Assembly: GCF_964213995.1 (NCBI RefSeq)
Contig: NW_027590186.1
Location: 1 to 64,000 of the forward strand
DNA length: 64,000 nt
Source: Mustelus asterias
Lineage: Eukaryota
Direction of reading: 5' to 3'
Shown: piece by piece, positions 1-12,609 of the stretch
How the letters are laid out: each line of letters opens with the position of its first letter
Position numbering within the stretch: position 1 is the stretch's first letter
The notes under the pieces: model-generated
Database searches by the model: none
Told to the model about the DNA's origin: nothing
The model's input: the letters and a program-made list of their open reading frames with translations, nothing else
Program-made: the position numbers and the translations under genes

Positions 1-220
1 GGGGTGGTCAGCTCGGGGTCGGGGGGTGGTCAGCTCGGGTCAGGGTCGGGGGGTGGTCAGCTCCGTGTCATGGTCGGGGTTGGTGATCTCGGGGGTCGGG
101 GTGCGGTGGTCTTCGGGGGTCGGGGTGTGGTGGTCTCCGGGGTCGGGGTGGTGGTGATCTCCGGGGGGTCAGGGGTGGTGACCCCAGGAGTCGGGGGTGG
201 AGATCTTGGGGGTCGGATCT
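1..220. repeat. G-rich low-complexity tandem repeat (GGGGTC/GGGGTGGT-like units)
   Basis: Direct reiteration of ggggtcgggg/gtggtg units; the ORFs over it are Gly- or Pro/Thr-rich artefacts. Confidence 0.8.
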
Positions 221-657
221 CAGGGGAGTTTCCTGATGGGGTCAGCACGATTATCTTGTGGGGGAGGGTGTATTTCCGGTAGATTTGCATTGGGGACACC
301 AGGGTTCAGGTAATCCTNNNNNNNNNNNNNNNNNNNNNNNNNNNNNNNNNNNNNNNNNNNNNNNNNNNNNNNNNNNNNNNNNNNNNNNNNNNNNNNNNNN
401 NNNNNNNNNNNNNNNNNNNNNNNNNNNNNNNNNNNNNNNNNNNNNNNNNNNNNNNNNNNNNNNNNNNNNNNNNNNNNNNNNNNNNNNNNNNNNNNNNNNN
501 NNNNNNNNNNNNNNNNNNNNNNNNNNNNNNNNNNNNNNNNNNNNNNNNNNNNNNNNNNNNNNNNNNNNNNNNNNNNNNNNNNNNNNNNNNNNNNNNNNNN
601 NNNNNNNNNNNNNNNNNNNNNNNNNNNNNNNNNNNNNNNNNNNNNNNNNNNNNNNNN

Positions 658-1410
658 CTCTCTCTCTCCGCCTCTGTCTCTCTCTCTCCGCCTNNNNNNN
701 NNNNNNNNNNNNNNNNNNNNNNNNNNNNNNNNNNNNNNNNNNNNNNNNNNNNNNNNNNNNNNNNNNNNNNNNNNNNNNNNNNNNNNNNNNNNNNNNNNNN
801 NNNNNNNNNNNNNNNNNNNNNNNNNNNNNNNNNNNNNNNNNNNNNNNNNNNNNNNNNNNNNNNNNNNNNNNNNNNNNNNNNNNNNNNNNNNNNNNNNNNN
901 NNNNNNNNNNNNNNNNNNNNNNNNNNNNNNNNNNNNNNNNNNNNNNNNNNNNNNNNNNNNNNNNNNNNNNNNNNNNNNNNNNNNNNNNNNNNNNNNNNNN
1001 NNNNNNNNNNNNNNNTCTCTCCGCCTNNNNNNNNNNNNNNNNNNNNNNNNNNNNNNNNNNNNNNNNNNNNNNNNNNNNNNNNNNNNNNNNNNNNNNNNNN
1101 NNNNNNNNNNNNNNNNNNNNNNNNNNNNNNNNNNNNNNNNNNNNNNNNNNNNNNNNNNNNNNNCTCCTCTCTCTCCGCCTCTGTCTCTCTCTCCGCCTCT
1201 GTCTCTCTCTCTCCGCCTCTGTCTCTCTCTCTCTCCGTTTCTGTCTGTCTCTCTCTCTCCGCCTCTGTGTCTCTCTCTCTCTCCGCCTCTGTGTGTCTCT
1301 CTCTCTCTCTCCGCCTCTGTCTCTCTCTCTCCGCCTCTGTCTCTCCCTCTCTCCGCCTCTGTCTCTCCCCCTCTCCACCTCTGCCTCTCCCCCTCTCTCT
1401 CTCCCTCCGC
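658..1410. repeat. (CT)n-rich minisatellite (CTCTCTCCGCCTCTGT units), interrupted by assembly gaps
   Basis: Visible repeat units between N runs; its 3' end doubles as the polypyrimidine tract of the acceptor at 1411-1412. Confidence 0.85.
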
Positions 1411-1412
1411 AG

Positions 1413-1549
1413 GCCGTGCTCTGGTGGACTATTGCTCCCTCAAGTTCATTCTGCAGCAGCTGCCGAGCCTTTCCTGGCTCTCCACCTTCATCCCGGGATT
1501 CATCAGGATTCCCAAGTGGGTCCTTACCCTGACCTCCAGTAAATTTTAA
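1413..1549 (+). CDS. DHRS1: Last coding exon of dehydrogenase/reductase SDR family member 1-like gene
   Basis: Polypyrimidine-CAG acceptor ends at 1412. The phase-1 exon reads (G)RALVDYCSLKFILQQLPSLSWLSTFIPGFIRIPKWVLTLTSSKF*, with TAA at 1547-1549. This matches my recollection of the DHRS1 C-terminus (GRPVQDYLSL...WLASYLPSFLRVPKW...TSKF). Upstream exons are not visible (gaps or outside the window). Confidence 0.8.
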
Positions 1550-1764
1550 ACCTCCCCATGACCCTCCACCTCTTCCCTTCCTCTCCCTCGCCCCCCCCCC
1601 CCACCCCCACCCCCCACCCAGGAGCGCTGGGCATTTCCCCGGGGAACCAGTCTCCTCACCCAATCTGGCTTTGGCCACTAACCCGCCCACAGCCTCAGGC
1701 CTCCTGGTGCTTTCAGCCCCCACCCGGATTCCCGGGTGTCACCCTCGGGAGCCTTGGGTGACAC

Positions 1765-2555
1765 AGAACAGGACAGGCCCTTCGGCCCATCACATTGTGC
1801 TGGACGTGATGTCAATTTAAACCAGTCCATTCTACCTGCCCTCGGTCCCGATCCCGCTATTCCGTGCATATTCCTAGAATTATACCGCGCTCTGGCACAA
1901 GGGACAAAGAAAGTTACAACACAGGAACAGGCCCTTCGACCCTCCAAGCCTGCGCCGATCATGATGTCTGCTTAACCTAAAACCGTATGCACTTAGGGAA
2001 TCCATATCCTTCCATTCCCATCCTATTCATGTATTCGTCTAGTTGCCCCTTAAATGCCGCTATTGTACCTGCTCCTGCCACCTCCCCGGGCAGCGCCTTC
2101 CAGACATTCACCATCCTCTGTGTAAAAACATGCCTCGCACATCTCCTCTAAACTTTTCCCCACACACCTTAAACCTATGTCCCCTAGTCTTAGAATCCCT
2201 ACTGCACAGAAGGAGGCCATTCAACCCATCGAGTCTGAATTGACAACAATCCCACCCAGGCCCTATCCCCGTAACCCCACATATTTACCCCGCTAATCCC
2301 CCTGAGACTAAGGGGCAATTTAGCATGGCCAATCCTCCTAACCTGCACATCTTTGGATACTCGGGGACAATTTAGCATGGCCAATCCACTTAACCTGCAC
2401 ATCTTTGGAGTGTGGGAGTACTTGACTTTTCTGCCCTAGGAAAGAGCATCTGACTATCCACTCTGTCCATGCCCCTCATAATCCTCTATCAGGTTGCCCT
2501 CTCAGGTTCTGTCGTCCCAGTGAGAACAAACCAAGTTAATCCAACCTCTCTTCAT
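1765..2555 (-). mobile_element. CR1 LINE 3' fragments with a nested SINE
   Basis: CR1 3' end/ORF2 tail motifs (tctgactatccactctgtccatgcccctcata; ggcccttcggccca). Confidence 0.75.
2199..2420 (-). mobile_element. HE1/V-SINE-type SINE fragment
   Basis: Reverse complement of the ccaaagatgtgcaggttagg..ggccatgctaaattg core. Confidence 0.8.
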
Positions 2556-2556
2556 A

Positions 2557-2870
2557 GCGAACAGTGGTTAGCACTGCTGTCTCTCAGCGCCAGGGACCCA
2601 GGTTCGATTCCTGGCTTGGGTCACTTGTCTGTGCGGAGTCTGCACATTCTCCCCATTTCTGCGTGAGTTTCCTCTGGGTGCTCTGGTTTCCTCCCACAGT
2701 CCAAAGATGTGCAGGTTAGGTGGATTGGCCATGCTAAATTGCCCCTTAGTGTCAGGGGGATTAGCAGAGTAAATACGTGGGGTTACGGGAATAGGGCCCA
2801 GGTGGGATTGTGGTCAGTACAGACTCAATGGGCTGAATGGTCTCCTTCTGCACTGTAGGGATTCAGTGAT
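2557..2870 (+). mobile_element. HE1/V-SINE-type tRNA-derived SINE
   Basis: A/B box-like head (cagtggttagcact..gggttcgattcc), V-SINE core and CR1-like tail. Confidence 0.85.
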
Positions 2871-2874
2871 TGAG

Positions 2875-5385
2875 AAGAGGCCCTTTGGCCCATCGAGTCC
2901 GCACCAACACATTAGAAACACCTGAACTCCCACCTAATCCCATCTGCCAGCACTTGGCCCGCAGCCCTGAATGTTATGAATGTTAAAGGGTGTGAGGCAC
3001 CCCGTCTCCACCACCCTCCCAGGCAGCGCATTCCAGACCCTCACCGCCCTCTGAGTAAAAATGTTTTTCCTCACATCCGCTCGAAACCTCCTGCCTCTCA
3101 CCTTGAACCTTTCTGCCCTCGTGACTGACCCTTCAACTCAGGGGAACAGCTGCTCCTTATCCTCTCTGTCCATTCCCCTCCTAATCTTGAATACCTCAAT
3201 CAGGTCTCCTCAGTCTTCTCTGCTCCAATGAAAGCAACTCAAGCCGATCCAACCTCTCTTCATAACTTAATATTCCATCCCAGGCAGCATCCTGGTGAAT
3301 CTCCTCTGCACCCCTCCAGTGCATTCACATCCTATAATGTGGTGACCAGAACTGCACTCAATACTCCAGCTGTGGCCTCCTACAACGATACAACTCCATC
3401 ATTACCTCACTGCTTTTGTAATCCATGCCTTGATTGATAAAGGTAAGTGTCCCATGTCTTTTTCACCACCCTACCAACATACCCTTCCAGCTTCAGAGAT
3501 CTGTGGACAAACACGACAAGGTCTCTTTGCTCCTCAGAACTGCCTGGTGTCCTACCATTCATTGAGTACTTTCTTGCCAACTTACTCCTTCCAAAGTGCA
3601 TCACCTCACACTTTTCAGGGTTAAATTCCATCTGCCACTTATCTGCCCGTTTGACCATTCCGTCTATATCATTTTGTAGCCCAAGACACTCAACCTCACT
3701 GTTAACCAATCTTAACCAAACTGTTAGCCAATCTTTGTGTCATCTGTAAACTTACTAATCCTACCCCCCCCCCTCCCGTCCATAGTCATCAATGTCATTT
3801 ATATAAATGACGAATAATAGGGGGCCCAACACAGATCCCTGTGATACACCACTGGATACTGGCTTCCAGTCACTAAAAGAAGTTTAACAACACCAGGTTA
3901 AAGTCCAACAGGTTTATTTGGTAGCAAAAGCCACACAAGCTTTCGGAGCTCCAAGCCCCTTCTTCAGGTGAGTGGGAATTCTGTTCACAAACAGAGCATA
4001 TAAAGACACAAACTCAATTTACATGAATAATGGTTGGAATGCGAATACTGACAACTAATCAAGTCTTTAAGAAACAAAACAACGTGAGTGGAGAGAGCAT
4101 CAAGACAGGCTAAAAAGATGTGTATTGTCTCCAGACAAGACAGCCAGTGAAACTCTGCAGGTCCACGCAACTGTGGGAGTTACAAATAGTGTGACATGAA
4201 CCCAATATCCCGGTTCAGGCCGTCCTCGTGTGTGTGGAACTTGTCTTTATATGCTCTGTTTGTGAACAGAATTCCCACTCACCTGAAGAAGGGACTTGGA
4301 GCTCCGAAAGCTTGTGTGGCTTTTGCTACTAAATAAACCTGTTGGACTTTAACCTGGTGTTGTTAAACTTCTTACTGTGTTTACCCCAGTCCAACGCCGG
4401 CATCTCCACATCATTCCAGTCACTAAAGCAGCCTTCAGTCATCACCCTCTGTCTCCTACAACTGAGTCACTTTTGAATCCACTTTATCAGATTACCCTGT
4501 ATCCCATGTGCAGTTACCTTCTTTACAAGCCTCCCATGTGGGACCTTGTCAAAGGATTTGCTGAAATCCATATAAACTACATCAACTGCATTACCGTCAT
4601 CTACACACCTGGTCGTCACCTCAAAAATTTCAATCGCATTTGTTAGGCATGACCTCCCTCTGACCAAGCCATGCTGACTATCCCTGATCAAGCTTTGCCT
4701 CTCCAAATGGATGCTCTCCTTCAGAATTTCCTCCAATAATTTCCCTACCATTGACGTGAGACTCACTGGTCTATACAAAACAACAAAGAAAATTACAGCA
4801 CAGGAACAGGCCCTCCAAGCCTGCACCAACCATACTGCCTGTCTGAACTAACACCCCGTACCCTACTGGGGACCATATCCCTCTATTCCCATCCTGTTCA
4901 TGTATTTATCAAGACGCCCCTTAAAAGTCACTACCTCCCCTGGCAGCGGGTTCCAGGCACCCACTACTCTGTGTAAAAAAAACTGCCTCATACATCTCCT
5001 TTAAACCTTGCCCCTCGCACCTTAAACCTGTTCCCCCTAGTAATTGACTCTTCCACCCTGGGAAAAAGCTTCTGACTACCCACTCTGTCCATGCCCCTCA
5101 TAATCTTGTAGACTTCTATCAGGTCCCCCCTCAACCTCCGTCGTTCCAGTGAGAACAAAGCAAGTTTCTCCAACCTCTCCTCATAGCCAATGCCCTCCAT
5201 ACCAGGCAACATCCTGGTAAATCTTTTTTGTACTCTCTCTAAAGCCTCCACATCCTTCTGATAGTGTGGCGACCAGAATTGAACACTATATTCCAAGTGC
5301 GGCCTAACTAAGGTGCTATAAGGTTATAGTTCCCTGGTTTATCCTCCAACCCTTCCTAAATAGCTGAACCACATTAACTGTTCGT
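2875..5385 (-). mobile_element. Degenerate CR1 LINE ORF2 (RT) with nested Penelope element and nested CR1 3' end (about 4777-5321)
   Basis: ORFs 3407-3709, 4467-4829 and 4988-5296 give CR1 RT motifs (YRPVSLTS, QHG..RSCLTN, VDVVYMDFSK.FDKVPH, WQMEFN..KCEVMHFG, LERVQKRFTRM). Confidence 0.9.
3878..4413. mobile_element. Penelope-like element relic with inverted pseudo-LTRs and 14-bp TSD
   Basis: About 130-bp inverted repeat (3878-4008 vs 4243-4373); hammerhead-like core ctgaagaagg..ccgaaagc; TSD TTCCAGTCACTAAA at 3864-3877 and 4414-4427. Confidence 0.8.
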
Positions 5386-5696
5386 GTTCATATTCATGTG
5401 CTTATCTAAAAACCCCTTAAACGCCCCTATCGTATCTGCCTCCACTACCACCCCTGGCAGCGCGTTCCAGACACCTACCACTGTGTAAAAAAAAACTTGT
5501 GCCTCACATCTCCTTTAACTTTCTCCCACTCTCACCTTCAGTGATTGGACATGATACTAGGCGGAGAAATTTTGATTGGGTAACTAAACCCCCCCACTAC
5601 CCAACTCCGGTAGAGTCGAATCCCATCCACTCCCCCCGCCCCTAACTTCACCCGATCCACATTGGCGATGGTGTTGGGGAAAGTGGCAGGGGGGGA

Positions 5697-6285
5697 CATA
5701 AGAACATAACTAGGAGCAGGAGTAGGCCATCTGGCCCCTCGAGCCTGCTCCACCATTCAATAAGATCATGGCTGATCTGTTTGTGGCCTTAGCTCCACTT
5801 ACCCACCCGCTCACCATAACCCTTAATTCCTTTACTGTTCAACACTTTATCCTTGCCTTAAAAACATTCAATGAGGGAGCCTCAACTGCTTCACTGGGCA
5901 GGGAATTCCACAGATTCACAACGCTTTGTGTGAAGAAGTTCCTCCTCAACTCAGTCCTAAATCTGCTCCCCCTTATTTTGAGGCCATGCCCCCTAGTTCT
6001 AGTTTCACCCGCCAGTGGAAACAACTTCCCCGCTTCTATCTTATCTATTCCCTTCATAATCTTATATGTTTCTATAAGATCTCCCCTCATTCTTCTGAAT
6101 TCCAATGAGTATAGCCCCAGTCTACTCAGTCTCTCCTCATAAGCCAACCCTCTCAACTCTGGAATCAACCGAGTGAATCTCCTCTGCACCCCCTCCTGTG
6201 CCAGTGTATCCTTTCTCAAGTATGGAGACCAAACCTGTACACAGTGCTCCAGGTGTGGCCTCACCGGTACCTTGTACAGCTGCAA
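5697..6285 (-). mobile_element. CR1 LINE 3' end
   Basis: ORF 5839-6300 (VRPHLEHCVQVWSP..RRMRGDLIETYKI) and (cataagaa)n tail. Confidence 0.9.
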
Positions 6286-7587
6286 CGGCAGGTGGAACAA
6301 TCATTGCAGCAGTCCACTATGCGTGTTTGCTTGCTCGCTATCTCTGTCCGATCGACCTCCTGTGTTTGCCCTCCACCTGGTGGTGTCAACTCCTCAGGGC
6401 GTCTTGGAGGTGGGCGTACCCACTCGGTGGATAGCTCCAGTCAAGCCCTTGCCCTCACCCCCCCCCCCCCCCCCGCCCCCAACCCGTCCCTCCCTCCCCT
6501 GACGTGACCCTCACAAAGCAGCCACCGCAGTCTTGACTGGACCTGGAGGGTCACCCGACGCTGGCTTCCCATGGAGGAGTACCCCCGGGCTGGGGAGTGG
6601 GATGCAGAAACCAACGCAGGGATAGAACGTGAATGGCCTTCCCTGGTTGCCCCCGCCAGACTCTTTCTTTCCTCTTCCCCAGCCCAACTCTCTCTCCACA
6701 ACTGCTATCCTTCACCCCCCCACATCTGCACCGGTCGCGCTGTGTGTGTGGGCACTGACACTCGAGACTGCCTGGCTTCGCTGAGAATGATGACGGGTTT
6801 TTTGGCAATAAAAGGATCTTTTGTAAACCTTTGCGACTGCCTCAGTGTGTGTCTGTGTGTGTGAGAGAGTGATTTTTGTGAGTGTGTGTGTGTGTGCACA
6901 CAAACATCTCTGCCTCTGCTGGCTCCATGGGTCTCTCACACATGCCTTGAAGTTGGAAGGTGGCCTCCTCAAGTTGACCGTTCGATCCAGTGCCAAGGAA
7001 GTGTTTGTACTGTTGGAGGGGGAGCGAGTCTTGCAAGGGACGGTGATCCCACGGCTGCGATTGGAAAAAGAGTCTGTGTGGGGAAGAGATTGCCGCAATG
7101 TCCTGGAGTCAACACCTTCCAAACCTGCCACCTTGACTGTCTAGAAGGACAAGAGGTAGCAGACACATGGAGAACACCACCCACCTGCAAGTTCCCCCTC
7201 TGAGCCCCACTCACTGTCCCGACTTGGAAATATATCAGCCGTTCCTTCACTGTGGCTGGGGTACAAACCCTGGAACTCCCTCCCTAATGGCACTGTGGGT
7301 GTTACCCACACCACACAGGGACTGCAGTGGGTTCGAGAAGGGTGGTTCTCCCACCACCATCTCGAGGGGCAATTGGGGATGGGCGATAAACACTGGGCCC
7401 GGCCACTGATGCCCGCGTCCGCAAACACATTGTTAAAAATATCACCAAAATGTTAATTTGGCATTTTATTGGATGGTGCTGTTCGCAAATTGGCTGCTGC
7501 CATTTCCCCACACAGCCAGGTTATTTTTTTAAAATGAGCATTTTCCTGACAATGGTTCTGAATCTACACCGGGCAAGAAATATACGC

Positions 7588-7866
7588 CATGGTAAATTGT
7601 CCCTTAGTGTCCAAAGATATGCAGGTTAGGTAGATTGGCCATGGTAAATTGCCTCTTAATGTCCAAAGATGTGTGGGTTAGGGGGATTGGCTATGCTAAA
7701 TTGTCCCTTACTGTCTAAAGATGTGTGGGTTAGGGGATTGGCCATGATAAATTGTCCCTTCGTGTCCAAAGATGTGTAGTTTAGGTGGATTGGCTATGCT
7801 AAACTGCCCCTTAGTGTCCAAAGATGTGTGGGTTAGGGGGATTGGCCATGCTAAATTGTCCCTTAA
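7588..7866 (+). repeat. Tandemly amplified SINE core subunit (about 50 bp, 5-6 copies)
   Basis: Repeated gtccaaagatgtg..ggttaggggg attggccatgctaaattgtcccttag units. Confidence 0.75.
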
Positions 7867-8339
7867 TTGGTTGGGGGAATTCAAGGTTGCGGCGAGAAGG
7901 CTGGAAAGTAGAGTTAGCGAGCATTCAGATGGGCCATGAGCTAATTCGAGGGGGCAGCAGGCTGGAAGGGCTGAATGGCCTCTGCTCCTATTTCTTACGG
8001 ACAAAGGAGAGATTGCAGAAACTGGGGTTGTATTCGCTGGAATGGAGAAGGGTAAGTGTTGATTAAAGTTTACAAGCTTCAGGGGAACTGATTAGGGTTA
8101 GATAGAGGGTGCTATCTCTGCTATTTGGTGACTGAAGGTTGGACAGGCGTGGACAGAGCCTAAGTGTTCGAACTAGACCTAACGGGAGAAAAATTGGGAA
8201 ATGCTTGGACGCACAAGAGCAACTGATGCTGGGTCAATTATTAATCTTAAGTCTTGCAACGGAGAGATTGGTATCCATGGACGTGGGGCGAAGGTGGCGT
8301 ATGGAATTAGTTACAATCAACTCCAAGCTCACCGAATGC

Positions 8340-8678
8340 AGGAAACGGGCCGGAGAAGGGACTGAATGGCCGCCTCCTGTTCCTGTGTAACAGGCTGGAG
8401 AAGGGGCTGAATGGCCTCCTCCTGTTCCTGTGTAACAGGCTGGAGAAGGGGCTGAATGGGGCCTCCTCCTGTTCCTGTGTAACAGGCTGGAGAAGGGGCT
8501 GAATGGGGCCTCCTCCTGTTCCTGTGTAACAGGCTGGAGAAGGGGCTGAATGTGCCCCCCCCGCCCTATTACTGTGTAACAGGCTGGAGAAGGGGCTGAA
8601 TGTGCCCCCCCCCCTCCCCGCTATTACTGTGTAACAGGCTGAAGAAGGGGCTGATTGGGACCTACTCCTGTTCCTGAT
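8340..8678 (+). repeat. About 42-bp minisatellite derived from a CR1/SINE 3' tail
   Basis: About 7 copies of ggctgaatggcctcctcctgttcctgtgtaacaggctggagaagg. Confidence 0.85.
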
Positions 8679-8719
8679 ACTAAAGGGCAATTTAGCATCG
8701 CCAATCCACCTAACCTACA

Positions 8720-9525
8720 CTCCACCACCATTGGGAACATTCTTTCTGAATCTAACCTGTTAGAATTTTATAAGTTTCTATGAGATTTCCCTCTCATTCT
8801 TTTAAACTTCAGTGAATATAATCCTAACTGACTTACTCTCTCCTCATATGACAGACCTGCCATTCCCAGGAATCAGCTGGTAAACCTTCGCTGCACTCCC
8901 GCTATAGCAAGGACATTCTTCCTCAGATAAGGACACCAGAACTGCACACAATACTCCAGGCGTGGCCTCAACAACGCCCAACACAATTGCAGCAAAACAT
9001 CCCTATCCCTGTACTCAAATCCTCTCGCTATGAAGGCCAACATACCATTTGCCTTCTTTACTGTCTGCTGAACCTGCGGGCTTTCAGCGACTGATGCACG
9101 AGGATTCCATGGTCTCGCTGAGTATCCACCTCTCCCAATTTACACCCATTCAGGTGATAATCTGTCTTCCTATTATTGCGATCAAAGTAGATAACCTCAC
9201 ATTTATCCACATTATACTGCAGATGCTATGAGGAGAAATTTCTTCACCCAGAGCATGGTGAATGTGTGGAATTCACTCCCACAGAAAGTAGTTGAGGCCA
9301 AAACATTGTGTGATTCCAAGAAGAAATTAGATATAGCTCTTGGGGCTAAAGGGATCGAGGGGTATGGGGGGGGGGGGGGTATTGGGGGGGGGTATGGGGG
9401 GGGGTGCGGGGGGGTATGGGGGGGTGCGGGGGGGTGCGGGGGCGGGGGGATTCAGGATATTGAATTCGATGATCAGCCATGACCAAAATGAATGGCGGAG
9501 CGGGCTTGACGGGCCAAATGGCCGA
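8720..9525. mobile_element. CR1 fragments (minus strand 8720-9225, plus-strand 3' end 9226-9525 with G-rich expansion)
   Basis: RRNFFTQSMVNVWNSLP motif on the plus strand; ORF2 tail on the minus strand. Confidence 0.75.
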
Positions 9526-9528
9526 CTT

Positions 9529-9835
9529 GGCAGCACGGTAACACAGTGGTTAGCACTGCTGCCTCACAGTGCCAGGGACCCGGGTTCGATTCCCAGCTTG
9601 GGTCACTGTCCATGTGGTGTCTGCATGTTCTCCCCGTGTCTGCTTGGGTTTCCTCCAGCTGCTCCTGTATCCATACCCAGTCTGAAAGACGTGCTGGTTA
9701 GGGTGCATTGGCCATGCTAAATTCTCCCTCAGTGTAACCCAAACAGGCGCCGGATGTGGTGACGAGGGGATTGTCACAGTAACTTCATTGCAGTGTTAAT
9801 GTGAGCCTACTTGTGACACAAATAAATAAACTTTA
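9529..9835 (+). mobile_element. V-SINE-type SINE (variant tail ending aaataaataaactt)
   Basis: tRNA-like head plus V-SINE core. Confidence 0.8.
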
Positions 9836-9959
9836 AAAATTTATCTTCATTGCACATTCGTTACATACACAGCAATTAAGCTTTTACATTTTAACAGCAA
9901 ATAAAAACTCGGTCTTTTACTATAATGACTGATTCATTAATTGTAACTCAATTAAGGGT

Positions 9960-10602
9960 CACTGCTTATTCAATCACCATGATGCCCCCTCCGTGGCCAA
10001 TTCCTGAACGCTCCCCCGTGCACATCCACTCCCCTTGGCAGAGATTCACCCCCCCCCCCGCGATCACCCTCCCCCATGCAAAGCTCCCCCCTTGGCGTCC
10101 ACCCTCCTTGCATAAGCACCCAGTCATTATAAATACCCCTTCACTAAGCCCCACCCTCACCCATCCCCTTGGCACTGCCCATGGTACACTTATGGTGCTC
10201 AACTGGGCACTGCCAGGGTGCCAGGAGGGTACTGAATGTGGCATTGCCCAATGGGCACTGCCCCTGACCACCATGGTGGCTTCAATGGCCTCTGATCCCA
10301 CACACACAGCCCCCCCCCACACAACACACCCAGTGTGGCCCAAGCACCTGGTCCCCGCTGGTGAAGACTAGTAGTGATTCTCGGCGATGTGATGTCTCGC
10401 CAGCGAGTGGGGGAAGCAGCCATGCTGAACCCACCAATCACATTGTAATGTCGGCAACTCTGTGCAAATAACCTTCACTCCCTTTCTGGGAATAAAGCCG
10501 GCAAAACACGAGCCGGGAAGATAGCAATCCTTTAGTCTCGCACGCTATCTTCCTGGCTCACCGGTCTAATCGAGCGGCGAGTCGAGCCGGTAAGATCGCC
10601 CC
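9960..10602. repeat. GC-rich interspersed element with internal hairpin; inverted paralogous copy at about 18585-19320
   Basis: Clear inverted homology to 18585-19320; internal IR agccgggaagatagc..gctatcttcctggct at 10511-10558. Class uncertain, possibly a non-autonomous DNA transposon. Confidence 0.55.
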
Positions 10603-11064
10603 CTGTATCTTTCTTTCACACTCAGACTGAACAATCAGCCTTATTCTTGAGGCAGATTTCACAGAATATAATGTCCTCTCGCTGATCAAAATCAAAGAAG
10701 AAATTCTTAGTTTAAACAATTCCTGCTCGCTACACAGATTCCACAAGCATTGAGGTGAATACAGTGTGGTAACAACAAAATGACAACAATACAGTTCAGT
10801 AACAACAAAACAAACTTTTCTAAACTTCATCTTTTTTTTGTTATATTCCTCAACCTAATTATTTTAATTTGATCAGTTTTTGTTAGGGATGGGTAACTTC
10901 TGTTCTTTATAAACTGGTTCACTCATTTTGTTAATTCTACATGGGCTCGGAGAATCAGAACCCAGACTTTATCATCCTTACTCTTTTTCTCCCTTTGCCA
11001 CCACTCCCTCTGTTTTGCGGGAGGGTCGTGGGGATTCCAATCAGAACTAATCATTTCATCATAA

Positions 11065-11240
11065 AAGTAAAATACTGCGGATTCTGGAATCTGAAACAAA
11101 AACAGAAAATGCTGGTAAGTCTCAACAGGTCTGACAGTATCTGTGGAGACAGAATAGAGCCAATGTTTCGAGTCTAGATGTCCCTTCATAAGAGCTCTTA
11201 TGAAGTGTAATCCAGACTCAAAACGTTGGCTCTATTCTCT
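11065..11240. mobile_element. Penelope-type pLTR relic, palindromic around agagctct
   Basis: Inverted repeat agaatagagccaatgtttcgagtc..gactcaaaacgttggctctattct; related copies at about 42355-42450, 50530-50617 and 52825-52990. Confidence 0.65.
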
Positions 11241-12609
11241 TAACATTGTGTCGATAAGTTTCTTGTTCTTAGTTTCCAAATAGCAGGTAAGAGACCTGTC
11301 CGGTCCCCACTCGAGCTCTGATTATAATCCTATCCATGCTTGGATAGGATTATAACCATTAGAATGTACGCTCAGAGGTCTGCTTTCCAGTCCAGTGCTA
11401 CTTGGAGTATACCGTCACTTCACCGACTATCAGGTCACAAATATATGATAAAATAATTTAAATAATGCCTGAGAACGCTTTGAACCAACTACCTATCATC
11501 ATTTGTTGATTGGTCCGACCCCCTTTTTACAGATTCAGGAATCTCACCAGCTGAAACCAGCCGGTCCTGGAATAAGTTTAATTCTAACTCATTCTGAGTA
11601 AATATTCTCACCAGGTCCTCTGTCAGGGCCCTGCTAAGCAGCTTTAATGGTCCGTGATTGCAGAAACTGAGCAGTCACAGGAATGTGGTCAAGATAGTCC
11701 AGTCCCATAATGCCTCACATTCAATCTGCAGTCCTTCAGTTATAAGAGAATATGTGGCTGTATGTAGCTGCCTCGGCCACGATCAGCGCCAACACTGCCT
11801 TCCTGAACTGCTACAATGCCTGAGGTGTAGGTACACCCACAGTGCTGTTAGGGAGGGATTTCCAGCTACACATTCCAGACTTTCACTAGACTGTAGGTGG
11901 ATACCAGATTGATATATTCCATTCAACCACACCCAAGGTGAGTTATTCCAATTTCTTTATTGTCCAGGAAAGTATATTCACAATATCTTTAAAACAGAAA
12001 TTAAACATTCAGGTAATTTCAGGTATTAACACATTCTGTTAGTTTGTTCTTTATTGTCAATGTCAGGCTGGGGTTGTTCCTCTTGGAGCAAAGGAGGTTG
12101 AGGGGAGATTTGATAGAGGTGGACAAGATTCTGACAGGTTTAGATAAGGTGGACAAAGAAAAGCTGTTCCCATTAGCTGATGGAACAAGGACGAGGGGGA
12201 CGCAGATTTTGGTTCAGAGGTGCAGTGGGGGGATGTGAAGAAGAATATTTTGATGCAGCGAATGGTAATGACCTGGAACTCGCTGCCGACGAGGGAGGAG
12301 GAAGTGGAGACAATAAACAATTACAAAGGAAATTGGATGAGCACTGGGAGGTTTCAAACAGAAATGCTGACGAAATATCTCTAAACTTTCTAACACCCTG
12401 TCACTCTGATCCTTGTGAAATTTAAAACCAGGTATTCGCAACAAGACTCAAAGAGCATCAGCCCACTGGAGGCAAAGTCGTGAGACCGGCCAGTCCAGCA
12501 GAAAGAAACCCTCCGACCCTCCCCATTGACCAACTGTGAGAATGAACAAAACGCAGCTCTGGATGTAATTGAGAGCAGAAACAATGACAGCAGAATCCAA
12601 CCCCGAATA

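Noticed and set aside
251-1723. 490-aa and 424-aa ORFs
   Set aside because: They span N gaps and a CT microsatellite.
2557-2625. tRNA-like A/B boxes in several places
   Set aside because: These are SINE heads followed by the V-SINE core, not tRNA genes.
8340-8678. CRISPR-like regularly spaced repeats (also 49179-49345)
   Set aside because: No unique spacers; these are eukaryotic minisatellites.
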